A stretch of 64,000 nucleotides of DNA from an uncultured bacterium (GCA_963727525.1 CAVSGO010000007.1:576001-640000), one strand, 5' to 3'; shown: positions 17,902 to 27,979, counted from the stretch's first letter. The notes: generated by a model not told the origin, from the sequence alone. Translations and numbers: made by a program.

Positions 17902-18873
17902 ATGGGCGAGACCACGTCGGTCCAGAAGCTGTTCGCCGACCTGCGCGAGATGCTGGGGCTGGAAGCGCTCACGCCCCTGCCGGACGCGCCGTTGCCCCTG
18001 ACGGCACCGGACGTCCATCGCCCCGGCATGGCGGTGATGGGTTTCACCGAGAACTTCCTGCCCGACCGCATCCAGATCATGGGTGAGTCGGAGATGGCCT
18101 ACATCGGCGGACTCGACGGCACTCGGCAGCGCGAGGCGTTCGCGCAGGTGCTGTCGCTGTCGCCTCCTGCGATGATCGTCACGCGCAGTCTGCCGGTGCC
18201 CGAGGTGGTGCTCGACATGGCGCGCGAGCGCGATTTTCCGCTGCTGCGCTCGCGCCGGTCCGCGGTGACGGTGGCGAAGGAGCTGACGCGGTACCTCGAG
18301 CGGGCCTTCGCGCCTACCTGCGAGGTGCACGGCACGCTCGTGGACGTCTACGGGGTGGGCCTGCTCTTTACCGGCCGCAGCGGGATCGGCAAGAGCGAGT
18401 GCGCTCTCGATCTCGTGGAACGAGGGCACCGGCTGGTGGCCGACGACATCGTGGATGTGATGCGGATCAGCGACAACATCCTGATCGGCCGCTACCGGCC
18501 GCTGCTGCAGCACAACATCGAGATACGCGGCGTGGGCGTGATCGACGTGCAGGCCATCTTCGGCATCCATGCGATCCGTATGCAGAAGCGCATCGAGGTG
18601 GAGGTGCAACTCCAGGAGTGGGACGACGGCATGGACTACGAGCGCGTCGGCATGGAGCGGCGCACCACCGAGATCCTGGGCGTGGAGATCCCGCAGGTGA
18701 TCCTACCGCTGAACCCGGGCAAGAACATCACCGTCATCTCCGAGGTGATCGCGCTGGACTTCATGCTCAAGGTCTACGGTTACGACTCCGCGCGCATCCT
18801 CAACGATCGGATCGTGAAATCGATGCGGCACAGCCAGCGGTTGCGACGTTACCTGGAGCAGGATCAGGAATGA
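17902..18873 (+). CDS. hprK: HPr(Ser) kinase/phosphorylase
   Basis: VHRPG, HGTLVDVYGVG, GRSGIGKSECAL, LVADD and IEIRGVGVID. Confidence 0.95.
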   Translation: MGETTSVQKLFADLREMLGLEALTPLPDAPLPLTAPDVHRPGMAVMGFTENFLPDRIQIMGESEMAYIGGLDGTRQREAFAQVLSLSPPAMIVTRSLPVPEVVLDMARERDFPLLRSRRSAVTVAKELTRYLERAFAPTCEVHGTLVDVYGVGLLFTGRSGIGKSECALDLVERGHRLVADDIVDVMRISDNILIGRYRPLLQHNIEIRGVGVIDVQAIFGIHAIRMQKRIEVEVQLQEWDDGMDYERVGMERRTTEILGVEIPQVILPLNPGKNITVISEVIALDFMLKVYGYDSARILNDRIVKSMRHSQRLRRYLEQDQE

Positions 18874-18922
18874 GCAGGCATGGCGCCCCCGCAGGGGGCA
18901 CCGTCGACAGGAGCGTGGCGCG

Positions 18923-19315
18923 ATGATCAAGGCCCTGGTGCTGACGCACGGCAACGTGGGGGGCGAACTGGTGAAGGTGGTGGAGCTCATTCTCGGACCG
19001 ACCGAGGGGCTGAGCGCCGAGACCAACCAGGGACGCTCGGCGCTGGCCGTGACCGACGTAGTACGCGGCTGGATCGCCGGCTGCGATCCCGACGCCGGCG
19101 CGCTGATCATGATCGACGACTACGGTGGCAGCTGCGCGAACGCGTCCCGCCTCGCGGTCAACCCGTCGGTGCCTGTGGTGATCCTCAGCGGCGTGAACCT
19201 GGCGATGCTGCTCGGGTACGTGACATGGCGCGACGACCTCGGGCTCGTCGAACTCGCGACGCGCCTCGTGGCCAAGGGGCGCGAGGCCATCACGCGAGTG
19301 GGCGGCGGTTCATGA
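18923..19315 (+). CDS. PTS mannose/fructose/sorbose family EIIA
   Basis: LVLTHG phospho-His, DDYGGS and SGVNLAML. Confidence 0.88.
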   Translation: MIKALVLTHGNVGGELVKVVELILGPTEGLSAETNQGRSALAVTDVVRGWIAGCDPDAGALIMIDDYGGSCANASRLAVNPSVPVVILSGVNLAMLLGYVTWRDDLGLVELATRLVAKGREAITRVGGGS

Positions 19316-19821
19316 CGAACGTGGTGCTCGCGCGGATCGACGATCGCTTCATCCACGGCCAGGTGACGGTCGGCTGGGGGCAGGCCCTGCGCCCGGACCA
19401 TCTCGTGCTCGCGAACACGGAGATCGCGGCTGACCCGTGGCAAAGTCGCGTGTACGCCAGCTCGGCGCCGCCGTCTCTTGGCGTGTCCGTACTCACACCC
19501 CAGGATGCGGCGGCGAATCTGCGCGACGACGACGGCGCGCTCGGGCGCGCGCGGCGGGTGATCGTGATCACCGGGTCGCCGGCGGACATGCTCGCCATCG
19601 TCGACGGCGGTGTGGCGCTGACGCGCGTGAACATCGGTGGCATGCACTTCGCGCCGGGCAAGCAGGAGATCGTACCGTCGGTGTGGGTGGACCGCAACGA
19701 CCTCGCGGCGTTGCGGCTCCTGCGCACCCGCGAGATCGCGCTCAACGTGCAGTCGCTGCCGGGCGCCCGTGAGGTCTGGCTCGACGACGGGCACTTCGCC
19801 GCGATGGAGGAACGCCTGTGA
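19312..19821 (+). CDS. PTS mannose/sorbose family EIIB
   Basis: RIDDRFIHGQV and VNIGGMH motifs; ATG at 19312 overlaps the EIIA stop. Confidence 0.92.
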   Translation: MTNVVLARIDDRFIHGQVTVGWGQALRPDHLVLANTEIAADPWQSRVYASSAPPSLGVSVLTPQDAAANLRDDDGALGRARRVIVITGSPADMLAIVDGGVALTRVNIGGMHFAPGKQEIVPSVWVDRNDLAALRLLRTREIALNVQSLPGAREVWLDDGHFAAMEERL

Positions 19822-20576
19822 CCGAGTTGCTCGAGGTTGGAGCGCCGCTTGCCGGGGATCCCTGGACCTGGCTGGCTCTCGTCGGTCTCGGGGCGCTCCT
19901 CGCGCTCGACGAGACGAGCCTCGGGCAGACGTGGCTGAGCATGCCGGTTCCCACGGGGCTCCTGGCCGGACTCATCGTGGGCCGCCCGGACGTGGGGCTG
20001 GCGGTGGGCGTCCTCTTCCAGCTCGCCACGGTGGGCAACCTGCCGGTGGGGATGAACTTCACCCTCGATCCGGTGGGAGCGGTGATCGGCATGACCGGCG
20101 CGACCGTGCTCGGTGGCTGGGCACCGGCGTCGCTGCTGGCGCCGCACGCGGCCGCGCACTGGGGCTGGTTGCTGCTGGGGACGTGTCTGGCCAGCCTGGC
20201 CGGCCATGCGGCGCTGGAGGCGGAACGCGGACTGCATCTGCGCTGGATGCTGGTGGCCTACCGCACGCTGCGCGATGGCAAGCTGGGGCGGATCGATCGT
20301 CTGCAAACGCGGTGTCTGATGGGCACGGCGGCGCGGGGCGCTCTCCTTACGCTGCTATGGCTGGTGCTGGCCGAGGTGGCGTGGCTGCCGGCATATGCCC
20401 TGCTGCCAGACAGCGGGCGGCGCGCGCTGGCGCTGGTGATCGTGATCGTGCCGGGGTTGGCGGTGGGCTCCCTGATCGACCGCTACGGTCGGCGCGGTGC
20501 GGGACCCGTCGTCGCGGCGTGGGCCGTGGGCGGGTTCCTGGTGACGCGATTCGTCCTGGCCCGGATTCTCTTCTAG
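19818..20576 (+). CDS. PTS mannose family EIIC (divergent)
   Basis: Hydrophobic; LDETSLGQTWLSMPVPTG...G..VG.LFQL...NLPVG pattern; lies between IIB and IID. Confidence 0.75.
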   Translation: MTELLEVGAPLAGDPWTWLALVGLGALLALDETSLGQTWLSMPVPTGLLAGLIVGRPDVGLAVGVLFQLATVGNLPVGMNFTLDPVGAVIGMTGATVLGGWAPASLLAPHAAAHWGWLLLGTCLASLAGHAALEAERGLHLRWMLVAYRTLRDGKLGRIDRLQTRCLMGTAARGALLTLLWLVLAEVAWLPAYALLPDSGRRALALVIVIVPGLAVGSLIDRYGRRGAGPVVAAWAVGGFLVTRFVLARILF

Positions 20577-20588
20577 GACGGCGAGACG

Positions 20589-21377
20589 GTGACGACGAGA
20601 ACCGACAACACCACCGCGACCGTGCCGGGCCTGCCCCGGCTCGCCGGCGCGGTCTACCGTCGCTCGCTGGCCCTGCAGGCCTCGTGGAACACGCAACGCA
20701 TGCAGAATCTCGGTCTCCTGGCCTGTTTCGTGCCGTGGTTGCGGCTGCGTCAGCTCGCGCCGGAACGTCAGCGTCGCTTCTGCCGTCGTCACTTCGGCTA
20801 CTTCAACACGAATCCGTATCTTGCCAATCTCATCATCGGCGGCCTCCTGCGTCTCGAGGACGATCAGGCCAGGGGTGAGACCGCGCTCCCGGAAGCCACG
20901 ATCGTCGGGTACCGGGACACGCTGGCGCGGGCCTGCGGATCGCTGGGTGATCAGCTGTTCTGGCTGGGCCTGCGGCCGATGGTGGCGCTCCTGACAGTGC
21001 TGCTGGCCGTCGCGGGACAGGGCCTGGCTGCGGTGGGCGTCGTCGTGGCTTTCGCGGCGTGTCAGATGATCCTGCGCGCGCGCTGGCTCGAGGTCGGCTA
21101 TGCCTCCGGCCTCGACATCGTCGACATTCTGGCGAACCCGGCCTGGCACCGCGCCATCGTCGCCGCGAAGCGTGCGGCGCTGGCCTTGACGGGATTGGTG
21201 GCCGGGCTTTACTTCGCGGGCATCCTCGATCGCGCCGGGGGGACCTCGCTCATCGTTCTGGTGGCGGCAGCGCTCGGGGGGATCGTCCTGCCCTCGTTGC
21301 TGCGACAGCGTGTGCCGGGCGAGGCCCAGCTCGTCCTGAGTCTGGCCCTCGCCTGGGTCCTGGCCTTGCTTCTGTGA
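20589..21377 (+). CDS. PTS mannose family EIID
   Basis: QASWNTQRMQNLG, YFNTNPY and GSLGDQLFW motifs. Confidence 0.88.
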   Translation: MTTRTDNTTATVPGLPRLAGAVYRRSLALQASWNTQRMQNLGLLACFVPWLRLRQLAPERQRRFCRRHFGYFNTNPYLANLIIGGLLRLEDDQARGETALPEATIVGYRDTLARACGSLGDQLFWLGLRPMVALLTVLLAVAGQGLAAVGVVVAFAACQMILRARWLEVGYASGLDIVDILANPAWHRAIVAAKRAALALTGLVAGLYFAGILDRAGGTSLIVLVAAALGGIVLPSLLRQRVPGEAQLVLSLALAWVLALLL

Positions 21378-21432
21378 GCCGCCGTACCTGGCGCCGCCCG
21401 CGTGGAACGGGCGATTCGCCGGAAAGGATGCC

Positions 21433-21705
21433 TTGAAGACTGGAAACGCCACCGTCGCCGACCCCGTGGGCTTTCATCTGCGGGCCGCCGGCCGGATCGT
21501 CAAGCTGACGAAGCTGTTCACGTGCGAGGTGACTATCCGCTACAATGGACGCCTCGCCAACGCGAAGAGCATCATGGGCCTGGCGAGCCTCGCGGCCGAG
21601 TTCGGCGCGGTCGTCGAGATCACATGTGACGGCCCGGACGAGGAAACGGCGCTCGCGCAGCTCGAGCGTCTGATCGGCGTGGACCTCGCCCACCCCGAGA
21701 CGTAG
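21433..21705 (+). CDS. ptsH: phosphocarrier protein HPr
   Basis: GFHLRAA (His15 site) and NAKSIMGL (Ser46 site); TTG start after GGAAAGGA. Confidence 0.93.
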   Translation: MKTGNATVADPVGFHLRAAGRIVKLTKLFTCEVTIRYNGRLANAKSIMGLASLAAEFGAVVEITCDGPDEETALAQLERLIGVDLAHPET

Positions 21706-21715
21706 CGAGGAGACG

Positions 21716-23476
21716 ATGCAGGAGTTCGCCGGCATTCCCGCCGCTCCCGGCTACGCGGTCGGTCCCGTGCATGTCGTGCGCAAGACCGTGATCGCGGTGC
21801 CGCGGCGCACGATCCGCCCCGTCGAGGTGGCGGCGGAGCGCGCTCGCTTCGAGTCGGCGGTGAAGCGGGCGGCCGACGAGCTGAAGGACCTCATCGACAA
21901 GCTCGAACGGGAGCTGGGGCCGGAGGAGGCCAGGATCCTCTCGAGCCAGCTCCTCATGCTCGAGGACGAGATGGTGTGGGACGCCACGCTGGCGCACATC
22001 CGCACCGGCCTGGTGAATGCCGAGGCGGCGTTCGCCCGTGCGGTCGGCGACATCGTCCTGCAGTTCGACGGCGTGAAGGAGGAGGCGTTACGCGAGCGTG
22101 TCACGGACCTGCACGACCTCGAGCATCGGGTGCTGCAAGCCTTCGCGGGCAACGGCGGCGACGGCGATGTGACGCCGGAGGTGCCGAGCCTGCTGGCCGC
22201 GGCCAACCTCACCCCCAGCGAGACGGCGGCGATCGATCGTCACCGGCTGCTGGGATTCCTCATGGACGAGGGGGGGGCTACCAGTCACGTGGCCATCCTC
22301 GCGCGCTCGCTGGGCGTGCCCGCGGTGGTCGGCCTGGGCGGCGTGGCCAGCACCATCGCGCCCGGTGCGGAGGTGGCTCTCGACGGCAACGTGGGGCGCG
22401 TGATCCTCGAGCCCGACGAGGAGACGCGCGACCGCTTCCGCAACCTCACGCAGCATCAGATCACCGTCAGTCGCAAGCTCGACTATCTCAAAGATCTGCC
22501 GGCCGAAACACTCGATGGGCACCGTGTGCATATGTTCGTGAACATCGAGCTGCCGGTGGAGCTGGACGAGGCGCTGGCGCGCGGTGCCGAGGGCGTGGGT
22601 CTGCTGCGCACCGAGTATCTCTATTTCCAGCATCACGACATCCCGAGCGAGGAGGAGCAGGTGCGCATCTACACGCGCGTGCTCCATCGCATGGGCGAGC
22701 GCGTGGTGATCTTCCGCACGCTCGACGTGGGTGGCGACAAGGTGAGCGACTATCTGGGGGCCAAGCGCGAGTACAATCCGTTCCTCGGCTGGCGCGGCAT
22801 CCGTTTCTCGCTCTCCAATCCTGGGCTCTTCAAGACGCAGATCCGCGCCATCTATCGGGCCGCCGCAACTGGCCGCGCCGCGCTCATGTTCCCGATGATC
22901 ACGGGGGTCGACGAGCTACGGCGCGCCAAGGCCATCTGCGCGGATGTGCGCGAGGATCTGGTGCGCGAGGGTGTACCGCATGGTGCGAGCGTGCCGATCG
23001 GCATCATGGTGGAGACGCCGTCGGCGGCCATGGTATCCGAGCTACTCGCTCGCGAGTGCGACTTCTTCAGCATCGGTTCGAACGATCTCATCCAGTACAC
23101 GCTGGCCATGGATCGGGGCAACAGCCGTGTCGCCTATCTCTACCGGCCGCTCCATCCGGCGATCCTGCGCAGCATCGACCGCGTCGTGAAGGCCGGGCAT
23201 GCCGCCGGGATCCCGGTGGGGCTGTGCGGCGAGATGGGGTCGGAGACGCGGTTGGCCGAGACGTTGCTCGGACTCGGCCTCGACGAGATCAGCCTGCACA
23301 GCGCCGCGTTGCCGAAGGTGAAGCAGGTGATCCGCTGGACCGGATACGACGAGGCCCGACGCCTCGTCGACCATCTTCTCACACTGGCCACCGCCGACGA
23401 CGTCGACAACGCCCTGGCGGAATACATCAACGCGCGCAAGGCGGACCGCTTGCCCAACGCAGGAGAGACATCGTGA
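21716..23476 (+). CDS. ptsI: PTS enzyme I (PEP-protein phosphotransferase)
   Basis: TSHVAILAR, GVGLLRTE, RTLDVGGDK, NPFLGWRGIR, MVETPSAA, SIGSNDLIQY and CGEM. Confidence 0.96.
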   Translation: MQEFAGIPAAPGYAVGPVHVVRKTVIAVPRRTIRPVEVAAERARFESAVKRAADELKDLIDKLERELGPEEARILSSQLLMLEDEMVWDATLAHIRTGLVNAEAAFARAVGDIVLQFDGVKEEALRERVTDLHDLEHRVLQAFAGNGGDGDVTPEVPSLLAAANLTPSETAAIDRHRLLGFLMDEGGATSHVAILARSLGVPAVVGLGGVASTIAPGAEVALDGNVGRVILEPDEETRDRFRNLTQHQITVSRKLDYLKDLPAETLDGHRVHMFVNIELPVELDEALARGAEGVGLLRTEYLYFQHHDIPSEEEQVRIYTRVLHRMGERVVIFRTLDVGGDKVSDYLGAKREYNPFLGWRGIRFSLSNPGLFKTQIRAIYRAAATGRAALMFPMITGVDELRRAKAICADVREDLVREGVPHGASVPIGIMVETPSAAMVSELLARECDFFSIGSNDLIQYTLAMDRGNSRVAYLYRPLHPAILRSIDRVVKAGHAAGIPVGLCGEMGSETRLAETLLGLGLDEISLHSAALPKVKQVIRWTGYDEARRLVDHLLTLATADDVDNALAEYINARKADRLPNAGETS

Positions 23477-24492
23477 CGGACAAGCCCGACGCGGGCCTTG
23501 CTCGCATGGTCTCCCTGGTGCACGACTGGCCCGCACAACTGCGGGCCGGCGCCGCGCTGCCCGGCCTCGCGGCCGTGCAGCCGCTGGCACGGCCACCGCG
23601 GCAGATCGTGTTCTGCGGCATGGGTGGATCGGCCATGTCCGGCGCCCTGCTGCCCTTGCTCTGGCCGGGCTCGCCGCGGCCCTGGTTCGTGCACCGCGAC
23701 GAGGGTTTGCCGCCCTGGGTGGATGCTGACACCCTCGTCATCGCCAGCAGCTACTCGGGCGAAACGGCCGAGACGCTGGCCGCCGTGGCGACCGCCCGTG
23801 CGCGCGGGTGTCCGCTGGCGGCGCTGACCTGTGGTGGGCGCCTCGCCTCTCGCGCGGCCGAGAACGGTGGGTTCCCCGTGGTCACGCTTCCGGCCGGGCA
23901 GCCACCGCGCACGGCTCTGGGCTTCAGCTTCGCAGGGCTGCTGCACCTGTTGCACCGGCTCGGCCTGGGCCAGGATCCGACGGTGGCGCTCCTGGCGGCG
24001 GCCGCGCACCTGGAAGCCCATCGCGACGATCCCGACGTGGCGCCCATCGCGGCGGGGCTGGCCGGGCGCTTCGTGATGATCTACACTGCCGGGGACGAAG
24101 CCCACGCGGCCGGTCTGCGGCTCAAGGCCCAGCTCAACGAGAACGCGAAGTTGCCCGCGGCCGTGGCTCAGTTCCCCGAGCTGACCCACAACGACGTCGT
24201 CGGCTGGCGGCTCACGCCGCGGCAGCGGGACGCGTTCGCGCTGCTGGTTCTGCGCGGCGGCGACGAGACGCCAGCCGGACGCAAACGCGTGGGTATCACG
24301 CTGGATCTCGTCCGCGAGGAGTTCGCCTCCGTCCAGGAGGTGTACGCGGCGGGCGCGACGGCGCTTGAGCGTGTGCTCGGGTTGATCTACTGGGGTGATC
24401 GGCTCAGCGTCGCGCTGGCGCGCGAGGCGGGAGTCGATCCCATGCCCATCGTGCGCATCGATGCGCTGAAGCGACGCATGGTCGAGGAGTGA
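23473..24492 (+). CDS. bifunctional phosphoglucose/phosphomannose isomerase (SIS family)
   Basis: CGMGGSAMSG, SSYSGETAET, QPPRTALG, QLNENAK, PELTHND and VDPMPIVRIDALK; GTGA overlap with ptsI. Confidence 0.85.
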   Translation: MTDKPDAGLARMVSLVHDWPAQLRAGAALPGLAAVQPLARPPRQIVFCGMGGSAMSGALLPLLWPGSPRPWFVHRDEGLPPWVDADTLVIASSYSGETAETLAAVATARARGCPLAALTCGGRLASRAAENGGFPVVTLPAGQPPRTALGFSFAGLLHLLHRLGLGQDPTVALLAAAAHLEAHRDDPDVAPIAAGLAGRFVMIYTAGDEAHAAGLRLKAQLNENAKLPAAVAQFPELTHNDVVGWRLTPRQRDAFALLVLRGGDETPAGRKRVGITLDLVREEFASVQEVYAAGATALERVLGLIYWGDRLSVALAREAGVDPMPIVRIDALKRRMVEE

Positions 24493-24496
24493 CGGT

Positions 24497-25489
24497 ATGA
24501 AAGCGGTGATTCCCGCGGCGGGTGTCGGGACGCGTCTGCGCCCGCACACGCTCAACAAGCCCAAGGCGCTGCTTCCCGTGGCGGGCAAGCCCATCCTGGC
24601 GCACATCGTGGACGACCTCGCCGGGGCGGGTATCGACGAGTTCGTGATCATCGTCGGCTATCACGGCCAGGCGGTCCGCGACTGGTTCGCGGCCGAGCGG
24701 CCGCAGCTGACGATCCGGTACATCGAGCAGGAGCGGCGCCTGGGGCTGGGACACGCCATCTGGACCGCCCGCGAGGCCCTCGGCGACGAGCCTTTCTTCT
24801 GCGTGCTCGGCGACACCATCCTCAAGGCCGACTATGCCGCCCTCCTGGCCTGCCCGCAGAACATGATCGCGGTGCGAGAGGTGGAGGATCCCCGGCGCTT
24901 CGGCGTGGTCGTGCTCGAGGGCGAGCTGGTGACCGGCTTCGTGGAGAAACCCGCCGACCCGCCGAGCAATCTGGCGATCGTGGGTGCCTACCTGTTCCAT
25001 GACGCCGCAGCGCTCTGGACGGCCCTCGACCGCGTGGTCCACGAGGATGTGCGGACGCGCGGCGAGTACCAGCTCACCGACGGATTGCAATTCATGTTGC
25101 AATCCGGTGCCGTATTTCACACGGTGGTCGTGGACGATTGGTTCGACTGCGGCAAGGCGGATACCTGGCTGGCGACCAACCGGGTTCTGCTCGACCGCGC
25201 CGCTGCCGGCCGCGAGTCGCAGCCCGCCACGCCCGACGTCGTGCAACCCTGCGTCATTGCGCCGGGGGTCGTCATCACGGGATCGCGCGTCGGTCCCTAC
25301 GTCACCGTGGGCGCCGGCGCCCGGATCGAACACTGCGAACTGCGCGACTGCGTGATCGGCTCGGACACGCAGCTCGTGAACTGTCGCCTGCAGGCGAGTC
25401 TTGTCGGTGGCCATTGTCGCGTCGAAGGCGTACGCGGCGAGGTCAACATCGGGGATCATTGCGAGGTAAAGGAGAACGAGGAAGAATGA
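24497..25489 (+). CDS. sugar-1-phosphate nucleotidyltransferase (G1P thymidylyltransferase-like, with left-handed beta-helix)
   Basis: [34 protein letters not shown] and WFDCG. Confidence 0.85.
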   Translation: MKAVIPAAGVGTRLRPHTLNKPKALLPVAGKPILAHIVDDLAGAGIDEFVIIVGYHGQAVRDWFAAERPQLTIRYIEQERRLGLGHAIWTAREALGDEPFFCVLGDTILKADYAALLACPQNMIAVREVEDPRRFGVVVLEGELVTGFVEKPADPPSNLAIVGAYLFHDAAALWTALDRVVHEDVRTRGEYQLTDGLQFMLQSGAVFHTVVVDDWFDCGKADTWLATNRVLLDRAAAGRESQPATPDVVQPCVIAPGVVITGSRVGPYVTVGAGARIEHCELRDCVIGSDTQLVNCRLQASLVGGHCRVEGVRGEVNIGDHCEVKENEEE

Positions 25490-26631
25490 GCGAACGGCAT
25501 CTCTTCACCAGCGAGTCCGTGACCGAGGGGCATCCCGACAAGGTCGCCGATCAGATCTCCGACGCGGTGGTCGACGCGATCCTGAAGGACGACCCACATG
25601 GCCGCGTGGCTTGCGAGACCCTCGTGACGACCGGCATGGCAATGGTGGCGGGCGAGATCTCCACGAGCACCTACATCGACATCCCGCGGATCGTGCGCAA
25701 GACAGTGGACGCCATCGGCTATGACGATAGCGCCTACGGGTTCGATGCCAAGAACTGCGCCATCCTCACCAGCATCGACGAGCAGTCGCCCGACATCTGG
25801 CAAGGCGTGGGCACCGGCGGTGCCGGCGATCAGGGGCTGATGTTCGGCTATGCGTGCCGCGAGACCGACGTGCTCATGCCGCTGCCGATCACCGTGGCCC
25901 ACCGCATGGCGCATCGCCTGGCCGAGGTACGCAAGCAGCGTCTGCTGCCCTGGGTGCGCCCTGACGGCAAGACGCAGGTGACGGTGGTCTACGAGGACAA
26001 CCAGCCCGTCGCCATCGACACGGTGGTGGTGTCGACCCAGCACGATGAGGACATCGCACACCGCGACATCTGCGACGCACTCAAGGAGCACGTCATCATA
26101 CCGACGCTGAAGCTCTTCGATGTGCCGTACGCGAAGCTCAAGACCCACATCAATCCCACGGGCAAGTTCGTCATCGGCGGACCGCAGGGTGACACCGGTC
26201 TGACGGGCCGCAAGATCATCGTCGACACCTACGGCGGATACGCGCCGCACGGCGGCGGCGCCTTCAGCGGCAAGGATCCTACCAAGGTCGACCGCTCGGC
26301 CTGCTACGCCGCGCGCTGGGTGGCGAAGAACATCGTGGCCGCCGAGCTGGCGGAACGTTGCATGGTACAGGTGGCGTACGCGATCGGCGTGGCCGAGCCG
26401 GTGTCGATCATGATCGACACCTACGGCACCGGTCGCGTTGCGGACGACCGCTTGACGGCGGCGGTACGCAAGGTCGTCGACCTCACGCCGGCTGGCATCA
26501 TGGATCGCCTCGACCTACGCCGACCCGTTTTTCTTGCCACGGCCGCCTACGGCCACTTCGGACGCGAGGAGGACGGTTTCACGTGGGAGAAGGCCGATCT
26601 CGTGGATGATCTGCGCAACGCGGCGAGCTAG
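25486..26631 (+). CDS. metK: S-adenosylmethionine synthetase
   Basis: [35 protein letters not shown] and TAAYGHFGR. Confidence 0.98.
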   Translation: MSERHLFTSESVTEGHPDKVADQISDAVVDAILKDDPHGRVACETLVTTGMAMVAGEISTSTYIDIPRIVRKTVDAIGYDDSAYGFDAKNCAILTSIDEQSPDIWQGVGTGGAGDQGLMFGYACRETDVLMPLPITVAHRMAHRLAEVRKQRLLPWVRPDGKTQVTVVYEDNQPVAIDTVVVSTQHDEDIAHRDICDALKEHVIIPTLKLFDVPYAKLKTHINPTGKFVIGGPQGDTGLTGRKIIVDTYGGYAPHGGGAFSGKDPTKVDRSACYAARWVAKNIVAAELAERCMVQVAYAIGVAEPVSIMIDTYGTGRVADDRLTAAVRKVVDLTPAGIMDRLDLRRPVFLATAAYGHFGREEDGFTWEKADLVDDLRNAAS

Positions 26632-26652
26632 CGAATTCGGTGGCGAAATAAC

Positions 26653-26680
26653 GAGGCCGGCAGCGTTCGCTGCCGGCCTC
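26653..26680. terminator. hairpin between convergent metK and the lipoprotein gene
   Basis: GAGGCCGGCAGC-gttc-GCTGCCGGCCTC perfect 12-bp stem. Confidence 0.65.
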
Positions 26681-26716
26681 TCTCGTGTCCGCGCCGAACG
26701 CGATCGTCCGCAGAGG

Positions 26717-27823
26717 CTACTTCGCCGTGAGGACGATCGTCGCCATCGTCGAATCGTCGGCGGCGTTGCTCTCGCACGGGTACGTGAGCATGCGCGATCC
26801 GAAGCGATAGGTGCTGCCCTGGTAACCGAGATCGATGTAGAACGTCACGTCGGCTGTTGCCGTCGAGCCGGCGGGCACCGTGCCGACCGACCAGAACCAG
26901 CGGCGATTGTCGTTATCGAAGGTCAGAGCGCCTTGGGTGGTCTCGGAACTGTCGAAAGAAATCCGATTGTATGCGGGGAAGAAGCCGCGCACCTTCACGC
27001 CGAACCCATCGTCGGGGCCGGTGCAGGCGACCGTTACCGAATAGGTCGCGGTAAAGGGGATCTCGCCTGCCGATATCTGGAACGTATCGTTCTGGACCCC
27101 TTCCATGTGCCAGTCCGACGTCGTGTTCAGGCTCGTGCCCTGGGACGGCAGCACCGTGAGCGGGATGTCGAGCTCGCGCGTGATCGACAGGCCCGGATCC
27201 TCCAGCGAGAGGTGGACGACCTGATCGCCCACCACCGCGGGCGGAAACGCGAACACGGGCCGGGCGCCGGTGAGCACGGTGTTGGCCGGATCGTTCATCG
27301 TCCAGTGGTAGAGGAAACGATCGTAGAAACCGTTCACCGGATCGAAGTCGCACGTGGACGCGCGGATCGCGAAGGTGATCGGTTGGCAGGCGTGGGCCGT
27401 GGTCGCGGGCGTGTTCTCGACGAGCATGTAGGGTGTGATTTCCAGCAAGTCGGCCAGGACAAAGACGGAATCGATGCGGCTCGCGGTCTCGCCGTTGTCG
27501 TCCTCGACGGTGACCCGGACGTAGTAGGTGTCGGGCGCGGCATACGTGTGGTACGCGACGGAAGCGCCGTCGCTCACCACCTGTCCATCACCGAAATCCC
27601 AGCTGACCTTCAGGAAACTGTTGCCACCGGTCGGGTCGCTCAGGCGCTGTCCACCGCTCGCATCGGCGCGCATCGAGACCATCAGCGGTGCGGGGCCGCA
27701 CGCCGGGTTCACTGTGAGCCGGGAGATGTATGGCTTCGAGTCCCCGTTGCTGTTGCAGCCGAACATGGCCAGGGCGACCAGCGTGGTCACGAAGAGGAAC
27801 ACCACGGGCTTCATCATGCGCAT
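26717..27823 (-). CDS. PKD-domain lipoprotein with C-terminal DUF11-like Ig domain
   Basis: Lipobox LAMFG-C; PKD motif WDFGDG...HTY..PDTYYVRVTVEDDNG; second PKD-like repeat; C-terminal YSVTV..GPD...W.VG.V..G..AT; GGAG-N6-ATG at 27823. Confidence 0.75.
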   Translation of the reverse strand: MRMMKPVVFLFVTTLVALAMFGCNSNGDSKPYISRLTVNPACGPAPLMVSMRADASGGQRLSDPTGGNSFLKVSWDFGDGQVVSDGASVAYHTYAAPDTYYVRVTVEDDNGETASRIDSVFVLADLLEITPYMLVENTPATTAHACQPITFAIRASTCDFDPVNGFYDRFLYHWTMNDPANTVLTGARPVFAFPPAVVGDQVVHLSLEDPGLSITRELDIPLTVLPSQGTSLNTTSDWHMEGVQNDTFQISAGEIPFTATYSVTVACTGPDDGFGVKVRGFFPAYNRISFDSSETTQGALTFDNDNRRWFWSVGTVPAGSTATADVTFYIDLGYQGSTYRFGSRMLTYPCESNAADDSTMATIVLTAK

Positions 27824-27826
27824 TGT

Positions 27827-27979
27827 TGGCTCCACCTCATGGTCGGCTCCACTGCATCGCCGGCTCCATTGCATCGCCGGCTCCATTGCATCGCCGGCTC
27901 CATTGCATCGTCGGCTCCGCGGCATCGTCGGCTCCGCGGCATCGTCGGCTCCATTGGGCCATCGGCTCCATCTGGAGGT
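27827..27979. repeat. tandem repeat, 9 x 17 bp, consensus CGGCTCCATTGCATCGY
   Basis: Units start at 27827, 27844, 27861, 27878, 27895, 27912, 27929, 27946 and 27963; the GGCTCC core is invariant and the end units are degenerate. Confidence 0.95.

Noticed and set aside
21976-23472. Apparent 838-aa ORF joining an Arg-rich region to PGI/PMI
   Set aside because: The first ~500 codons are an alternative frame overlapping ptsI; the real gene starts at GTG 23473.
25440-25490. SAM riboswitch upstream of metK (likewise an FMN riboswitch at ribF)
   Set aside because: Both genes overlap their upstream ORFs, leaving no leader space.
27827-27979. 17-bp array as a CRISPR
   Set aside because: Units are contiguous with no unique spacers, too short, and no cas genes are present.
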